DNA from: a virus
Taxonomy: Duplodnaviria > Caudoviricetes
Strand: one strand, 5' to 3'
IMG/VR virus record: IMGVR_UViG_3300031760_000003
Coordinates: 1 to 64,000 of that record
Length of the DNA: 64,000 bases
The number at the start of each line of letters is the position of its first letter. Position 1 is the first letter of the stretch. The position numbers were made by a program, and so were the translations under genes. Shown here piece after piece: positions 29,524 to 40,106 of this stretch. The notes beneath the pieces were generated by a model that saw nothing but the letters and a program-made list of their open reading frames with translations, did no database searches and was not told where the DNA came from.

Positions 29524-30087
29524 TTAGGTTATATTTAACCCATACGAAGGCTTAGTCATTATTAAATTAGCCGTTGAGCGAATTTCTCCATTAACATTAA
29601 TTCTTCGTTTGTATACTCTCTGCAGGTGAAAGCATTGCCGCGAAAACTCTCGTATCATAACTTGTAACTTAGCCATATGATTAGCTTGAGAGGTCATTTT
29701 AAAATCAGCTCCGGTATAACGCATTTTGGTATTTTCAGTTATTGCTAACTGACGATTAAACCATTCAATAACCATTGCTAATGATAGTATATTTATTTCC
29801 TCCTGTGTTAAAGAACTATTAAATGCACCATCTCTCCATCCGGAAAGTGGTGCATCTGTATAATTACTTTCATATCCGTTATAGATACCAAGAGAATCAT
29901 AGTAACCAATTTCATAGTCAGTTATATCAAACCTAGGAAATTCGAAAAAATGCATAGCGTTTAAAAGGATACCTTGTAAGTCTTTATAAACATCAGATTC
30001 CTCCATCTCCATATACATTTCCTCAGTTACTCTTTCAAAAAAACTATCATAAATGGTAGTGAAAGGTGTAGTTTTATTTGCACTCAT
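29524..30087 (-). CDS. Putative head-tail adaptor
   Basis: 187 aa, helical; LTQEEINILS...FKMTSQANH; synteny. Confidence 0.5.
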   Translation of the reverse strand: MSANKTTPFTTIYDSFFERVTEEMYMEMEESDVYKDLQGILLNAMHFFEFPRFDITDYEIGYYDSLGIYNGYESNYTDAPLSGWRDGAFNSSLTQEEINILSLAMVIEWFNRQLAITENTKMRYTGADFKMTSQANHMAKLQVMIREFSRQCFHLQRVYKRRINVNGEIRSTANLIMTKPSYGLNIT

Positions 30088-30110
30088 CTTTCACTCTCCT
30101 TCACGTTTAA

Positions 30111-30680
30111 TTATTCTTCTCGTCTTACGACTCTCCTTTTAGGAGCATCGGCAGTGTTACTAGTAGCGTCATCCGCAACTCGTCTAACTTTTTCAGACTG
30201 CTTTGCAGAAGTATCTTCAGAACCATCATCAAATTTTGTATTCTGAATCTCTATTGCTTTGGTAACATTAAAATTAAGTTTCTCAAAAATAGCATCTCTT
30301 TTTGCAACGTCATTAAGAGGAAGAGATACTGCGAGACTTTTTACAATATCGAGAATACCTTCTGGTGCAAAGTCAAGTAAATCAAGAAATGCGGCTTGAG
30401 AACCGTTAATAAGAATATCTTTTACCTGATCTTCCGTATAGAAATATTCTCTCTCTACATCAAAACCCAATTCGTCAATAGCTGCTTTATCTTTTACAGC
30501 AAGTTTATTTAAAATCAGCGCCCTTCCGCCTTCTGAGTTATATAAAGCAAATAACTCACCAAACGAAATTTCCTTAGTCTCTTTCGGAGTAAAATGTCTT
30601 TTAATGTGAAGTTCCGGAAGAGTATATCCTAAAGAACCAACTGATATATTTGTTACTTTAATCATTTTATTGTTATCCAT
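30111..30680 (-). CDS. Hypothetical protein downstream of the capsid gene
   Basis: 189 aa; AAGGAG RBS. Confidence 0.6.
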   Translation of the reverse strand: MDNNKMIKVTNISVGSLGYTLPELHIKRHFTPKETKEISFGELFALYNSEGGRALILNKLAVKDKAAIDELGFDVEREYFYTEDQVKDILINGSQAAFLDLLDFAPEGILDIVKSLAVSLPLNDVAKRDAIFEKLNFNVTKAIEIQNTKFDDGSEDTSAKQSEKVRRVADDATSNTADAPKRRVVRREE

Positions 30681-30716
30681 ATTTGATTTTCTCCTTTTAT
30701 CTCTTGTTAAATAATT

Positions 30717-30758
30717 AAAATGGGGGAGTAAAATTCTTACTCCCCCTTATTAATTTTT
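30717..30758 (-). terminator. Intrinsic terminator after the major capsid gene
   Basis: GGGGGAGTAA/TTACTCCCCC stem flanked by A/T tracts. Confidence 0.7.
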
Positions 30759-30760
30759 AA

Positions 30761-31855
30761 TTACTGGTTAATAACGCTAAGTGATGTGTTTTCATATACG
30801 CAGATACCAGGATTTACGAGGTAAGCTGCAACACCAACCTTCTGATATGTCTGGATTTCTTCAGACCAATCACGGTTCTCGAAAGACTTAACCTGAGCTG
30901 TTCCCTGGAACGCAATCTTAATAGGCTTCTCTGAACCTGTAGGGATAATATAAGCAAGAGCAGGATTGATAACCTTTACTCTGTTTGTATCATCTTCGAA
31001 TGACTGAGGAAGAATAATAACATTATGTCCCTTGTATGAAGCAAATGTACCATTTGCCCAATACTCATTCTTCATCTCATTAGACCATCTGTCTGTGCTA
31101 ACTGCTGTAGTAGGAGCTGCACCAACAGTAGACATAGCCCAAGCTGTTGTAGGAAGCATTGTTGTAGCAAATTCATATGTACAGTAAATAGTAGATTTAC
31201 CATAAACATCTGCTGTCTGGATAAGTCTATCCATTTCTTTTTCGTCGAAAGTTGTATCTGTATGATAGTTAGCAGGTCTACCTGTAGAAATATCTGTTAC
31301 AGCTGCTGCAAGAGCATTAGCGATTTCCTTGTAGATAGCCTCGTCAATACCTTCAAGAACGATCTGATAATACTCATCAAGAGTGTATCTACCAGATAAG
31401 AGCTCTTCCCACTCAATTCTAGCAGCACCACCGATAGCTGATACAGGAACTTCGATCTCATAACCATCGAGTTTAAATGTCTCATATCTACCAGCAAGAC
31501 CAACCTTTGTGATGAACTGCTTTGCTCTCTTCTTTGAAGCCTCTGAAATTCTTACCTTGAATACAGGCTTATCATTGTTACCATATGTCTGAACGTCAGC
31601 AAATACGCCGTATGCCTGAAGAACTTTAACAGGAACAACTTCTGTAAGACCTACTTCGATAAGTTCGAAAATAAGGTTCTTGTTGTTTCTGTAATCTGCG
31701 GCAGTCTTACCAAGTTCATTAAGTTCTTTATTGAATGTAGTTCTAATAGCCTCTGCAGAAAGATCATTGCCCTGGAAAGAGAAGTTCTTAGCAGGATTTA
31801 AAGATGCTTTAGCATTAGCTCTAGCTAATTCGATAAGTTGTGTTCTATCTAACAT
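30761..31855 (-). CDS. Major capsid protein
   Basis: 364 aa after the scaffold and decoration genes; biased codon use; followed by a terminator. Confidence 0.75.
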   Translation of the reverse strand: MLDRTQLIELARANAKASLNPAKNFSFQGNDLSAEAIRTTFNKELNELGKTAADYRNNKNLIFELIEVGLTEVVPVKVLQAYGVFADVQTYGNNDKPVFKVRISEASKKRAKQFITKVGLAGRYETFKLDGYEIEVPVSAIGGAARIEWEELLSGRYTLDEYYQIVLEGIDEAIYKEIANALAAAVTDISTGRPANYHTDTTFDEKEMDRLIQTADVYGKSTIYCTYEFATTMLPTTAWAMSTVGAAPTTAVSTDRWSNEMKNEYWANGTFASYKGHNVIILPQSFEDDTNRVKVINPALAYIIPTGSEKPIKIAFQGTAQVKSFENRDWSEEIQTYQKVGVAAYLVNPGICVYENTSLSVINQ

Positions 31856-31869
31856 TTATCTTTTCCTCC

Positions 31870-32439
31870 TTACTCAATTCTCATTAACTTAACAGCAGGC
31901 TGACCATCTGCAAGTGTATAAACTTTAACTACCTGGAAAACAGGTCCAGCATAAGATGCAGGCTGTGTAGCTGTAAGATAACCATTAGCTGCGATATAAA
32001 GTGATGTTGAAACTGCAGGCATTGCAGCTGCTGCTTCTGTGCTATCCTTAATTGCATTGATGTCAGTTACTACAAAAGCATCCTCATCAATAGCGTTTGT
32101 TGTGAAAATATCTCCAACTTCTGTTGAAATAAGTCTAGGATAAATTTCACCACCAATGTAGTTACTCTTTACCATAGCGAAATCTTTATGATTCTGCTTT
32201 CTTTCATCGGGAAGGTCTTCCTCGTTATAAATAAGCATCCACTCACCAGCTCCGGTAAGATTTACTTTTCCATTAGCATAATCATATTTTGCGAATCTAC
32301 CATTCTCGATAACATCGCCCATTGTAGCTGTATCAACAGGTAACTGAGCAAGGATTTTACCCTCAACGATACCTGCAAGATGATTAGGCTCAACCTGAGC
32401 GAAACCGATTCTAGTATTTGCTTTAGCAAATCCTGGCAT
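31870..32439 (-). CDS. Head decoration/cement-type protein
   Basis: 189 aa just upstream of the capsid gene; QVEPNHL...AQLP...ENG...GDIFTTN. Confidence 0.55.
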   Translation of the reverse strand: MPGFAKANTRIGFAQVEPNHLAGIVEGKILAQLPVDTATMGDVIENGRFAKYDYANGKVNLTGAGEWMLIYNEEDLPDERKQNHKDFAMVKSNYIGGEIYPRLISTEVGDIFTTNAIDEDAFVVTDINAIKDSTEAAAAMPAVSTSLYIAANGYLTATQPASYAGPVFQVVKVYTLADGQPAVKLMRIE

Positions 32440-32469
32440 TTCTGTATCCTCCTTTGTAAAATTAAAAAC

Positions 32470-33948
32470 TTATAAATTCTTTTCAACTTCTTTAACTGCT
32501 TTAACCCATTCCGGCATAGCTGAAAGGTTATCTGCCGCAGCAAAGATGATAGGCTCATTGTTGATTGGTTCTTCTTCAACAACTTCTTCTGTAGCCTTCA
32601 TTTGTTTTCTAGCAAACAGAATAGAAAGTTTAGATTCTATTTCGTTTAAACTATATTTATCAATATTCTGAATTACATCAGCTTTATCTGCATCTGTTAA
32701 CATAGAGAATGAATTGATTAACTTATCTTTTTCTTTCTTATCTACATCAGCTTTAAATGCAACTAACTCGTTATATTTAGCCTCTAACTCAGCATACTGA
32801 TTCTTTAATGTGTTATACTCTGATTCTAAAAGAGAGTATTTTTCTTCTTTTTCTTTGTCAGCATCTTCTTTATCATCAGACTTATCGTCATCAGGCTTGT
32901 TGTCTTCGTCCTTAGCGAACTCAGCAGCGGCAGGAGCTTCTGGAGCTACCTCTTCAGCAGGTGCAGCAACAGGTTCTTCTGCAACAGGTGTAGCAGCTTC
33001 CTCAGTAGCAGAAAATTCTGCTTCTGGAGCAACTTCTTCACTAGCCTGAGCAACAGGTTCCTCAGCAGTAGATACTTCCTCCGAATTAGCTTCAAGTGTA
33101 CTTTCAGCATTTTCAAAAGTATTCTCTACAGTATTTTCAATTTTCTCTTCATTAATTTCAAGAGTTTTGTCCGAATTTTCTGAAAAATTTTCTTGAACTG
33201 TAGGAGCAACTTCTTCTGTCATATTTTCATTGGTAGGCATCTGTACTTCTCCTTTCGGTGTTTCTATTGTTTCTTTTAATTCCTTCATCATAGAGAATAA
33301 AGTTCTATTAAAAGTTTCATCTTTTGTGAACTTTGAACTAACTTCTGGTGCAGTAATGGTAGCACCTTCAAAACAAGGTTCTACATCTTCACCTAAAATG
33401 CAAAGTTTCGAAAAGATTGCGTCATTTATAATGAAAAATTCAACACCTTTATTAGTGTCAGTTGACCAATATCCTTGTAAACTTTCTTCATCAAGTTCCA
33501 TTGATTGATAATTTCCATCTTCAAGGATTCTCTTACATTCTTCGAACTGCTTAACCCACAGATAACCTTCTGTCATTAAGTAGTCTTTAATAGTAACATT
33601 CCCAAACTCATCAGTTTCTTGAAATTTTTGGAACCATATTCTGGCGTCAGGAGAAACAAAACCATAAGGTACTGTTAAAGTATTAAACTTAATTCCTTCG
33701 TCATCAATGATAATCTGCTGTCCATGGTCTCCAAAATCTTCCTTATTTTCAATATAATGTCCGACAATAGGTACGCCTGGAAGAGTTTGCGCCATTTCAG
33801 ACGCAACCTCTTTTGATATGAAACTTCCGTTTCTATTTTCTCCGACGTACAAAACTTTTATTTCACACTTTGCAATCGTTGGACTTATTGAAGTAATGTG
33901 AATGAACTCGGGAGCGTCAATAGTAGCAACGCTTAATTTTGCTGGCAT
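32470..33948 (-). CDS. Prohead protease fused to acidic scaffold
   Basis: N-terminal GENRNGS, PIVG, QSMEL, LCILG-x3-EPCFEGA; Glu/Ala/Pro-rich linker; C-terminal coiled coil. Confidence 0.7.
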   Translation of the reverse strand: MPAKLSVATIDAPEFIHITSISPTIAKCEIKVLYVGENRNGSFISKEVASEMAQTLPGVPIVGHYIENKEDFGDHGQQIIIDDEGIKFNTLTVPYGFVSPDARIWFQKFQETDEFGNVTIKDYLMTEGYLWVKQFEECKRILEDGNYQSMELDEESLQGYWSTDTNKGVEFFIINDAIFSKLCILGEDVEPCFEGATITAPEVSSKFTKDETFNRTLFSMMKELKETIETPKGEVQMPTNENMTEEVAPTVQENFSENSDKTLEINEEKIENTVENTFENAESTLEANSEEVSTAEEPVAQASEEVAPEAEFSATEEAATPVAEEPVAAPAEEVAPEAPAAAEFAKDEDNKPDDDKSDDKEDADKEKEEKYSLLESEYNTLKNQYAELEAKYNELVAFKADVDKKEKDKLINSFSMLTDADKADVIQNIDKYSLNEIESKLSILFARKQMKATEEVVEEEPINNEPIIFAAADNLSAMPEWVKAVKEVEKNL

Positions 33949-33960
33949 AACATCCTCCCA

Positions 33961-35508
33961 TTACATTGATTCTTTATTTGCTATCGTTTTTTCCGATACC
34001 ATTTCGCCCTTTTCTTCATTGGTAGGTCGACCCGCACCACTTTCCTCCTTATTTCCGCTTTTATTAGTAACCTGGCTTATTGTATCGCCATTCATAACAG
34101 AAGACATAAGCGGAGGAATAAATACATTAATAAGATCAAGTATATCGTTTTCAAAATAAGCATTTGACAATATACTACTCTGTGATTCACCAAGAGCAAC
34201 AGCAGGAAGCATCTTAGAGAATCCAATTTGCATTTGTTCTTTATACATTTTAGAAAGTTCTTTATAATTATATATTGTTGTACTTAATAATTGAACTCTA
34301 AATTGTATTTTTTTACTTTTATTAAAATTTACTACTAATTCATTTAAAAATTCTTCAAATTGTAGTAATAAATTATACATTGTAGCAGCATCATTCTCAA
34401 TAGAACGATCCAATGCGGCGGAACTATCGGTGTTAAACTGAAGATATGACACACCGGCTTCGTTATAAAGCTGTCTTTCAATCGTTTTAAGGTCATCCGA
34501 ACTTGATGTAGCACTTCCTGTCTCAGAAAAACTTTCTACATCAACGTCCGCAAATGTTGTTAAAACTTCAGTACCAATCGCATCTCCAAGCATCTGAACT
34601 GCATTGTTATGCATCTGCTGGATTTCATCTATATCGAAAATCAAATCTCCATTTTTATCAAGTGGAAATTTCTGTACGATAAGCCGCATAATTCTTTGCA
34701 TTAATTTTTTCTTATTTAAGTCTTGAGCTTCGTCAAGGTCTATAATAAGAGGAATAACCGATATAAAAGGCGGGAACTCTTCATCATTAAGAGTAAATCT
34801 AACCGTCATAGTAGGATCTAATAAATACCATCCCGCACTATCACCGGGGTCTACTTTTAACTTACCCTTTTTATATAAGTCATATCCCTTTTTAAACTCT
34901 TTCGGGAATAAGGTAACTACACGTTGTCTCATTTCTTCATTGCTATACTGGTCATCAAAATACTTCATATTAAACTCAACCGCAGGTTTAGTTCCGTACT
35001 TATAACGACTTCTACAATAATTTAAAGGCAATTCTTGTAAAACATAAGAATTTCCTTTTTCTATTTTATATCCATAGTAAGCTCCGAATCTCATTACTTT
35101 TAATGCAATTTCACCTAAAATTTTCTTTATTGAAGCTGCATCTAGTACATTAAGACATTTAATAAACTTCTCTATAATATCTTCACTTTTCATTTTCTTG
35201 TCGTTGATATATGGTGTTACAAACCAATCATATCTATACATATATGCCATATATCTCAAAATACGACCATAAATACCGCAAGTTTTAAAATAAAAATTAG
35301 AAATTTCTCTCATTAATGAGAGGTTACCATCACTGATAGCTTTTAAAACATATTGCTTATCACCAAACTTTGGATTGGCTTTTTTATAACTACCAATATT
35401 TATGATTGCATCATCTAATTTTTTAATGCCAACTTGTATTTTATTAAAGTCCATCGGAGGTCTTACTTGATTATAGTCTGAATATATGTCTGCTAATCTA
35501 TTACGCAA
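33961..35508 (-). CDS. Portal protein
   Basis: 515 aa between the terminase and protease genes; TTG start after GGGAGGTG. Confidence 0.75.
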   Translation of the reverse strand: MRNRLADIYSDYNQVRPPMDFNKIQVGIKKLDDAIINIGSYKKANPKFGDKQYVLKAISDGNLSLMREISNFYFKTCGIYGRILRYMAYMYRYDWFVTPYINDKKMKSEDIIEKFIKCLNVLDAASIKKILGEIALKVMRFGAYYGYKIEKGNSYVLQELPLNYCRSRYKYGTKPAVEFNMKYFDDQYSNEEMRQRVVTLFPKEFKKGYDLYKKGKLKVDPGDSAGWYLLDPTMTVRFTLNDEEFPPFISVIPLIIDLDEAQDLNKKKLMQRIMRLIVQKFPLDKNGDLIFDIDEIQQMHNNAVQMLGDAIGTEVLTTFADVDVESFSETGSATSSSDDLKTIERQLYNEAGVSYLQFNTDSSAALDRSIENDAATMYNLLLQFEEFLNELVVNFNKSKKIQFRVQLLSTTIYNYKELSKMYKEQMQIGFSKMLPAVALGESQSSILSNAYFENDILDLINVFIPPLMSSVMNGDTISQVTNKSGNKEESGAGRPTNEEKGEMVSEKTIANKESM

Positions 35509-35544
35509 AAGTATCTTGCACCTCCCTTATCTATTTTAACGGCA

Positions 35545-35901
35545 TTAGTATCCCGCCGCCTTCATAATATAATCATAATTAATAAACTGTTCTTCCCAAT
35601 AAGGAATAATTACCAGTGTTAAATTATGTCTCTTGCAGTATTCCCTTTTCATTTTATCATTATACTGTTGCTGATATAAACCCTTCTTGCCGCCAAACTT
35701 TGATTTAGCCTCATAATGTTGAATACCCTGATATTCGATTAAGAAGTCTATGTTACCGTCATCGTCGAAAACGGCAAAGTCAAAACGTAAAGGCCTCCCG
35801 CTACTACTTACTAAATCTGTAAATATATACTCTTCCTGAAAAGGTAAGCCCGCCATCTCTAATATTTCATGGATTTTAATTTCTCCTCGACTTGCTTTCA
35901 T
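35545..35901 (-). CDS. Vsr/DUF2726-like PD-(D/E)xK endonuclease
   Basis: SRGE...LRFDFAV...IEYQGIQHY...D-x2-K-x2-YC; start reassigned to ATG 35901. Confidence 0.7.
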   Translation of the reverse strand: MKASRGEIKIHEILEMAGLPFQEEYIFTDLVSSSGRPLRFDFAVFDDDGNIDFLIEYQGIQHYEAKSKFGGKKGLYQQQYNDKMKREYCKRHNLTLVIIPYWEEQFINYDYIMKAAGY

Positions 35902-35987
35902 CTTTTTTCTCCAAAAATATTTCCTAATAACTAATATAATGTAAAAAATAAGGTTTGGGCATTTATAAAAAATGCCCAAAATTTATT

Positions 35988-37739
35988 TTATTTTCCAAAA
36001 AACATCATATCCGCAATATTATGAGTTCTTCGTCTCTTCTTTTTATTTTCCTCTTCCTTAATGTAGTATAACGCATATTCAAAAGCAGAAAATTTATCTT
36101 TAGGGATACCTCTATTATTCTGTTTTAGAATTATATTAACACCATCATTGGATTCAACAAGATTTAACATTTGTTCCTTTAGAATGCTAGTCTGTTGATA
36201 TGGCATTAAATATTCGTTACGTTCATCCGGAGTCATATTTTGACCTACTTTTGTCTGCATCAATTTAGCTTTTGCGGTTTGTTCATCTATCAATAACTTT
36301 ATCTTGCCGCTACTTAATTGGGTCTGTACATACGAATGCGCTTCAGTATTGATAGGTGCATTAGCTTTAATTAAAAACATAGCGTTCTTTTCCGCACCCT
36401 CGATTCTTAACTGTTTATAATCTTGGTCAGCACCTTCATAAGTTCCGCCTTCAACACCAAAAGCAGGAAGTTCAGTACCATCAATAGGATCGATTTGAGC
36501 TTTTGTCATAAAGTCAACAAATCCAACTCCAAGTCCGTTAGCATCGATAACAACTCGTCTAGCTTTAAACTGATAATAAAGTTTCTTTATATAAATAGCT
36601 TGTTCTTCAAAGTGGGTCGCCGCAAAAGAATAGAAATTAACAAGAGACTTAATAGAATCTCCTTGCGGTTGCGGCGTTACTTTTATAACTGCCACTTCCG
36701 AGTTACAATCTTTTCTACCTACATCGACACCGAGTATATAATAAGCACTTTTACTTGATTTTCCACTAAACTCTTTTTCAGACAAGAGCAAAACTCTATG
36801 TCTATCAAAACTAGCACTGGAGAAATAAGCATTATCCTGGTCTCCACTCCAAACGCTACCATATTCTCGGTCGAAAGATGCTTCATTATAAGTACCAGAT
36901 AACTTCATTTCATTAACCATGTCCTTTTTAACGGCACCTTCTAGAATAGCTAATTCATAGTCTCCGCCAAAAACAAAATATTTATCTGGTTCAAAAATTG
37001 ATGCAATTAACAACTCAATTTGTTTATCGTAAGCGAAAGAATTTTTCCATCCCGCGGACGTTATATATATTTGAGATTGGTTAATGACTTCATCGGGATC
37101 AGTTGTTGTATCCGGTAAATTCCTATCAATGTTAGTTGTAGGAATAATAATCTCGTTAAGAGACTTCTCTTCTACAAGAATAACCTCTTCTATCAGTCCG
37201 CCAGTACGTCTTTGACCACGGGAAGATTCCCTTGCCGCCAGTATATCAAGAACAGAGCCATTTTTAAATATATATTTTAAGTTATCTTTTGATGTTTTAG
37301 ATACACCTCTATCAAAGTTTATTTCACGACCAAGTGCGGGAATTAACTTACAGATTTCTTCCACTTTTGACATAGTAATTAATGCTGCCTGCTCTTTACC
37401 ACCGGTAGTAACAAATAGCTTCGCGCCAGGGAAAAGTATAGCTTTCAGCATAAGAGACATTATAGCCAAAAACGATTTACTGAAACCTCGAGTAAAAGTA
37501 GCATAGACATATTTATGTCTCATGCATGCCCGCAAGAATATTCTCTGAGTATCCCTAAATTTAAAAGGACAATCATCTCCTTTTATATCATCAACAAAGA
37601 TATCTGGATATTCTCTATAATAAGCAATTAGTTTTCTTAAATCTGGCATCACCGCCTCTAATCGCTCTTGAGAGATTTCATCCTTTTTTAAATCACTAAT
37701 ATGCGAAGCAGACATATCTAACAAATTTTGTAAACTCAT
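35988..37739 (-). CDS. terL: Terminase large subunit
   Basis: Walker A TRGFSKS, RGQRR, Walker B GLIEE, motif III ITSAG, nuclease LGVDVGR, IDANGLG, KDKFSA. Confidence 0.92.
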   Translation of the reverse strand: MSLQNLLDMSASHISDLKKDEISQERLEAVMPDLRKLIAYYREYPDIFVDDIKGDDCPFKFRDTQRIFLRACMRHKYVYATFTRGFSKSFLAIMSLMLKAILFPGAKLFVTTGGKEQAALITMSKVEEICKLIPALGREINFDRGVSKTSKDNLKYIFKNGSVLDILAARESSRGQRRTGGLIEEVILVEEKSLNEIIIPTTNIDRNLPDTTTDPDEVINQSQIYITSAGWKNSFAYDKQIELLIASIFEPDKYFVFGGDYELAILEGAVKKDMVNEMKLSGTYNEASFDREYGSVWSGDQDNAYFSSASFDRHRVLLLSEKEFSGKSSKSAYYILGVDVGRKDCNSEVAVIKVTPQPQGDSIKSLVNFYSFAATHFEEQAIYIKKLYYQFKARRVVIDANGLGVGFVDFMTKAQIDPIDGTELPAFGVEGGTYEGADQDYKQLRIEGAEKNAMFLIKANAPINTEAHSYVQTQLSSGKIKLLIDEQTAKAKLMQTKVGQNMTPDERNEYLMPYQQTSILKEQMLNLVESNDGVNIILKQNNRGIPKDKFSAFEYALYYIKEEENKKKRRRTHNIADMMFFGK

Positions 37740-39004
37740 TTGTTATTATCATCCCCTTCCTCAAGAGTCTCTTGAACGGTTTGAGTATCTTCTATTTTTC
37801 CATTCTCTATAAAATTACTATACTCAATATAATCTTCATTTGAATTTTCTATGTTGTCAAAGCCTTTTGCTCTAACCTCTTGCAACTCTTTCTCTCGCTC
37901 TTCCGCACTTTCGTGTAATTTAATATAATTTTCAATCTGTTGAGCAAGAGCAGTATCTTGAGAAATTAGTTGTCTTTGATATCGTTTAAGATTCTCTATC
38001 TTTTCATCAATAATATCTTTTGTAGTTTCAATATCATGGCGGGGTATCTTGCCGCCAACCTTCTCTGCAAAATATACTAACTGACCAACAGAATCAAATT
38101 CACCGGTCTTTTCTTCTTTTCTCTGAGCCTCTGTAAACTTAGCCGACTTCATAAGGGCATCGTAAACTTTCGCAAACTTTTGATATGAATCTACATCGCC
38201 GCTATCGATAGCCTCATTCATCTTTAACGAGGTCTTACATATCATCTTAAGAGTATCAGTTCTTGCCGCACCCTGTATATCAAAAGAATCCATAAATTCT
38301 TTATACAATTCTTCCAACGATACCCATTGCGCGGGAGTGTAGTAAATACCCCATTTCATCGCTAAGTATTGCTTATCCTCTTCGGTTAAGTCTGAACCTA
38401 CATCGGGAAGTTCTACAACTTCATATGGATGATCATTTACAGGGTAAGGACTAGGAGGACCGCCCTGCCCGCCAACCGCCTTTGTAGGGTCAAGAGCCAT
38501 AACGGGAGGTGCTTCATGCATCTTCTCGTATGTGAGGAATTGAGCCTCACTAATTTCGCCATTTTCATAGGCTTCTTTCATTTTACAAATATCTTCTTCA
38601 CTTTTGGCGTGCGGACTTGCGAGGTTCGCCGCATCCTCTTCCGCCTTCTTCTGAAGCATCTCTGTATCTTTCCAACCATACTTTTGCCAATTCTTAAGTC
38701 GCATCTTGGAAAGATATTTACCCATAACCGTCATACCGGTCATTTTATAAGGGTCTTTTTGGTAAGCCCTATCCCGCAATACATCCCATTCTGATTTTAC
38801 GTAGGGGACATCAAACTTTTCGAGTATCCATAAGAATGTATCCTCTTGCCAGTTATTGACATGCATTGTAAGACAGGCTTTGCACAGCTCGCATTTAGTT
38901 CCATCTTTGTAAGTATAGAACTGTGTTAACGCCATCGTCTTCCCGCATTTAGAGCAGTACTGATGGGCGTTTTCCACAGGTGTAATTTTAGCTATCGCCG
39001 CCAT
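37736..39004 (-). CDS. Zn-finger protein upstream of terL (small terminase candidate)
   Basis: CSKC...CKAC at the N-terminus, helical C-terminus; overlaps the terL start. Confidence 0.5.
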   Translation of the reverse strand: MAAIAKITPVENAHQYCSKCGKTMALTQFYTYKDGTKCELCKACLTMHVNNWQEDTFLWILEKFDVPYVKSEWDVLRDRAYQKDPYKMTGMTVMGKYLSKMRLKNWQKYGWKDTEMLQKKAEEDAANLASPHAKSEEDICKMKEAYENGEISEAQFLTYEKMHEAPPVMALDPTKAVGGQGGPPSPYPVNDHPYEVVELPDVGSDLTEEDKQYLAMKWGIYYTPAQWVSLEELYKEFMDSFDIQGAARTDTLKMICKTSLKMNEAIDSGDVDSYQKFAKVYDALMKSAKFTEAQRKEEKTGEFDSVGQLVYFAEKVGGKIPRHDIETTKDIIDEKIENLKRYQRQLISQDTALAQQIENYIKLHESAEEREKELQEVRAKGFDNIENSNEDYIEYSNFIENGKIEDTQTVQETLEEGDDNNK

Positions 39005-40106
39005 ACCTTATAATTTTAACTCCTTTCCGCGATTCCGCACTTGCTTTGTTGCGGCAGTCTTTGCATATAGAATAGAGTCCATCTTTACTTGATTTATTTT
39101 TTGAGAAAAATCTATTAGTACCTAATTTTATCTTGCCGCATCGAGTGCATTTCTTCCAATAACCCTTTTCTTCTTCTGTATAGTGCCATAAGAGCCAATT
39201 TTCCTTAGCCTTTTCCGCAATCAATTTGGGAATGCGGTTTTGCCATAAAGAAGATAAATGCTCAACAGAATAAGTGGTGTTGAATTTTGTTTTTAATCGC
39301 TCTTGTATTTCAATATTTGTGAACCCTTTTACTTTACAATTGATGATTTCTAACATTATAGGGTTCTCCGCAAAAGTTTCTAAAACTAGGTTCTTTAAAT
39401 CTTCTAAAACCCACTTAACGTCTCCTTGCACATTTGACCAATTTCCTAAATAAAGTTTTTCATAGTTACAAAGAAGTGCGGAAATGTGCTTGGGGTTATA
39501 GAAGGAAATGATACCGTCACTCTGTACATCGCCTTCCGCATCAATAGTAACATGTTCAGTAAAGTCTATTTTAGAAAAAGCCTTTATTACATTGATGCAG
39601 TTTACAGATTGCGGTTTGAACATACTTCTTAAAACATACTGGTCTTTTTGAAGTTGGGTAAGCTGTTTATGAAGTATTCGTGAACGTTGACCCTTTGCCG
39701 CCTTTGCTTGCGCCTCTACTTGTTTTATATCTTCAACAAGTTGCCGCAAACCAGGTATTTCATCATATTCTTCTTCTGTTATTTTTTTATAATGATAAAA
39801 GATAATGTTTTTATCATTAGTTATCATATTGTAAATTGCGTCGCCGCAATTCTCATTATCCTCAAAGTGATTAACTAAGCCTTCGAAGGAGGTTTCCCGC
39901 CTATTCACAGTTACCATGTGATTTTCGGTAACAATGTAGTGCTTTTTGAAGGTGGGGTCCGCCATAACAATGTATTTACCAAGAGCCTCAAGGTAAAAAT
40001 TAGTTAATCGTTCAGGAGGAGTATTTGCAATGATTTCTTTTACTTTTTCGACTCTCTCTTCGCAAGTGGTAAGAGAGTAGTCCATTTTTATATAATCTGT
40101 TTCCAT
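38988..40106 (-). CDS. Putative DNA-binding protein with HTH-like segment and C-terminal Zn finger
   Basis: TNIEIQERL...YSVEHLSSLW; CTRC...CKDC; ATG 40106 after AAGGAG. Confidence 0.5.
   Translation of the reverse strand: METDYIKMDYSLTTCEERVEKVKEIIANTPPERLTNFYLEALGKYIVMADPTFKKHYIVTENHMVTVNRRETSFEGLVNHFEDNENCGDAIYNMITNDKNIIFYHYKKITEEEYDEIPGLRQLVEDIKQVEAQAKAAKGQRSRILHKQLTQLQKDQYVLRSMFKPQSVNCINVIKAFSKIDFTEHVTIDAEGDVQSDGIISFYNPKHISALLCNYEKLYLGNWSNVQGDVKWVLEDLKNLVLETFAENPIMLEIINCKVKGFTNIEIQERLKTKFNTTYSVEHLSSLWQNRIPKLIAEKAKENWLLWHYTEEEKGYWKKCTRCGKIKLGTNRFFSKNKSSKDGLYSICKDCRNKASAESRKGVKIIRYGGDS

Noticed and set aside
5246-39878. Short alternative-frame ORFs inside structural genes
   Set aside because: Fully nested in long, well-supported CDSs, with no independent signals.
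2205-40106. Stop-codon reassignment, or an intein/intron in terL
   Set aside because: Genes are full length and tightly packed in the standard code; TerL is 583 aa with contiguous motifs.
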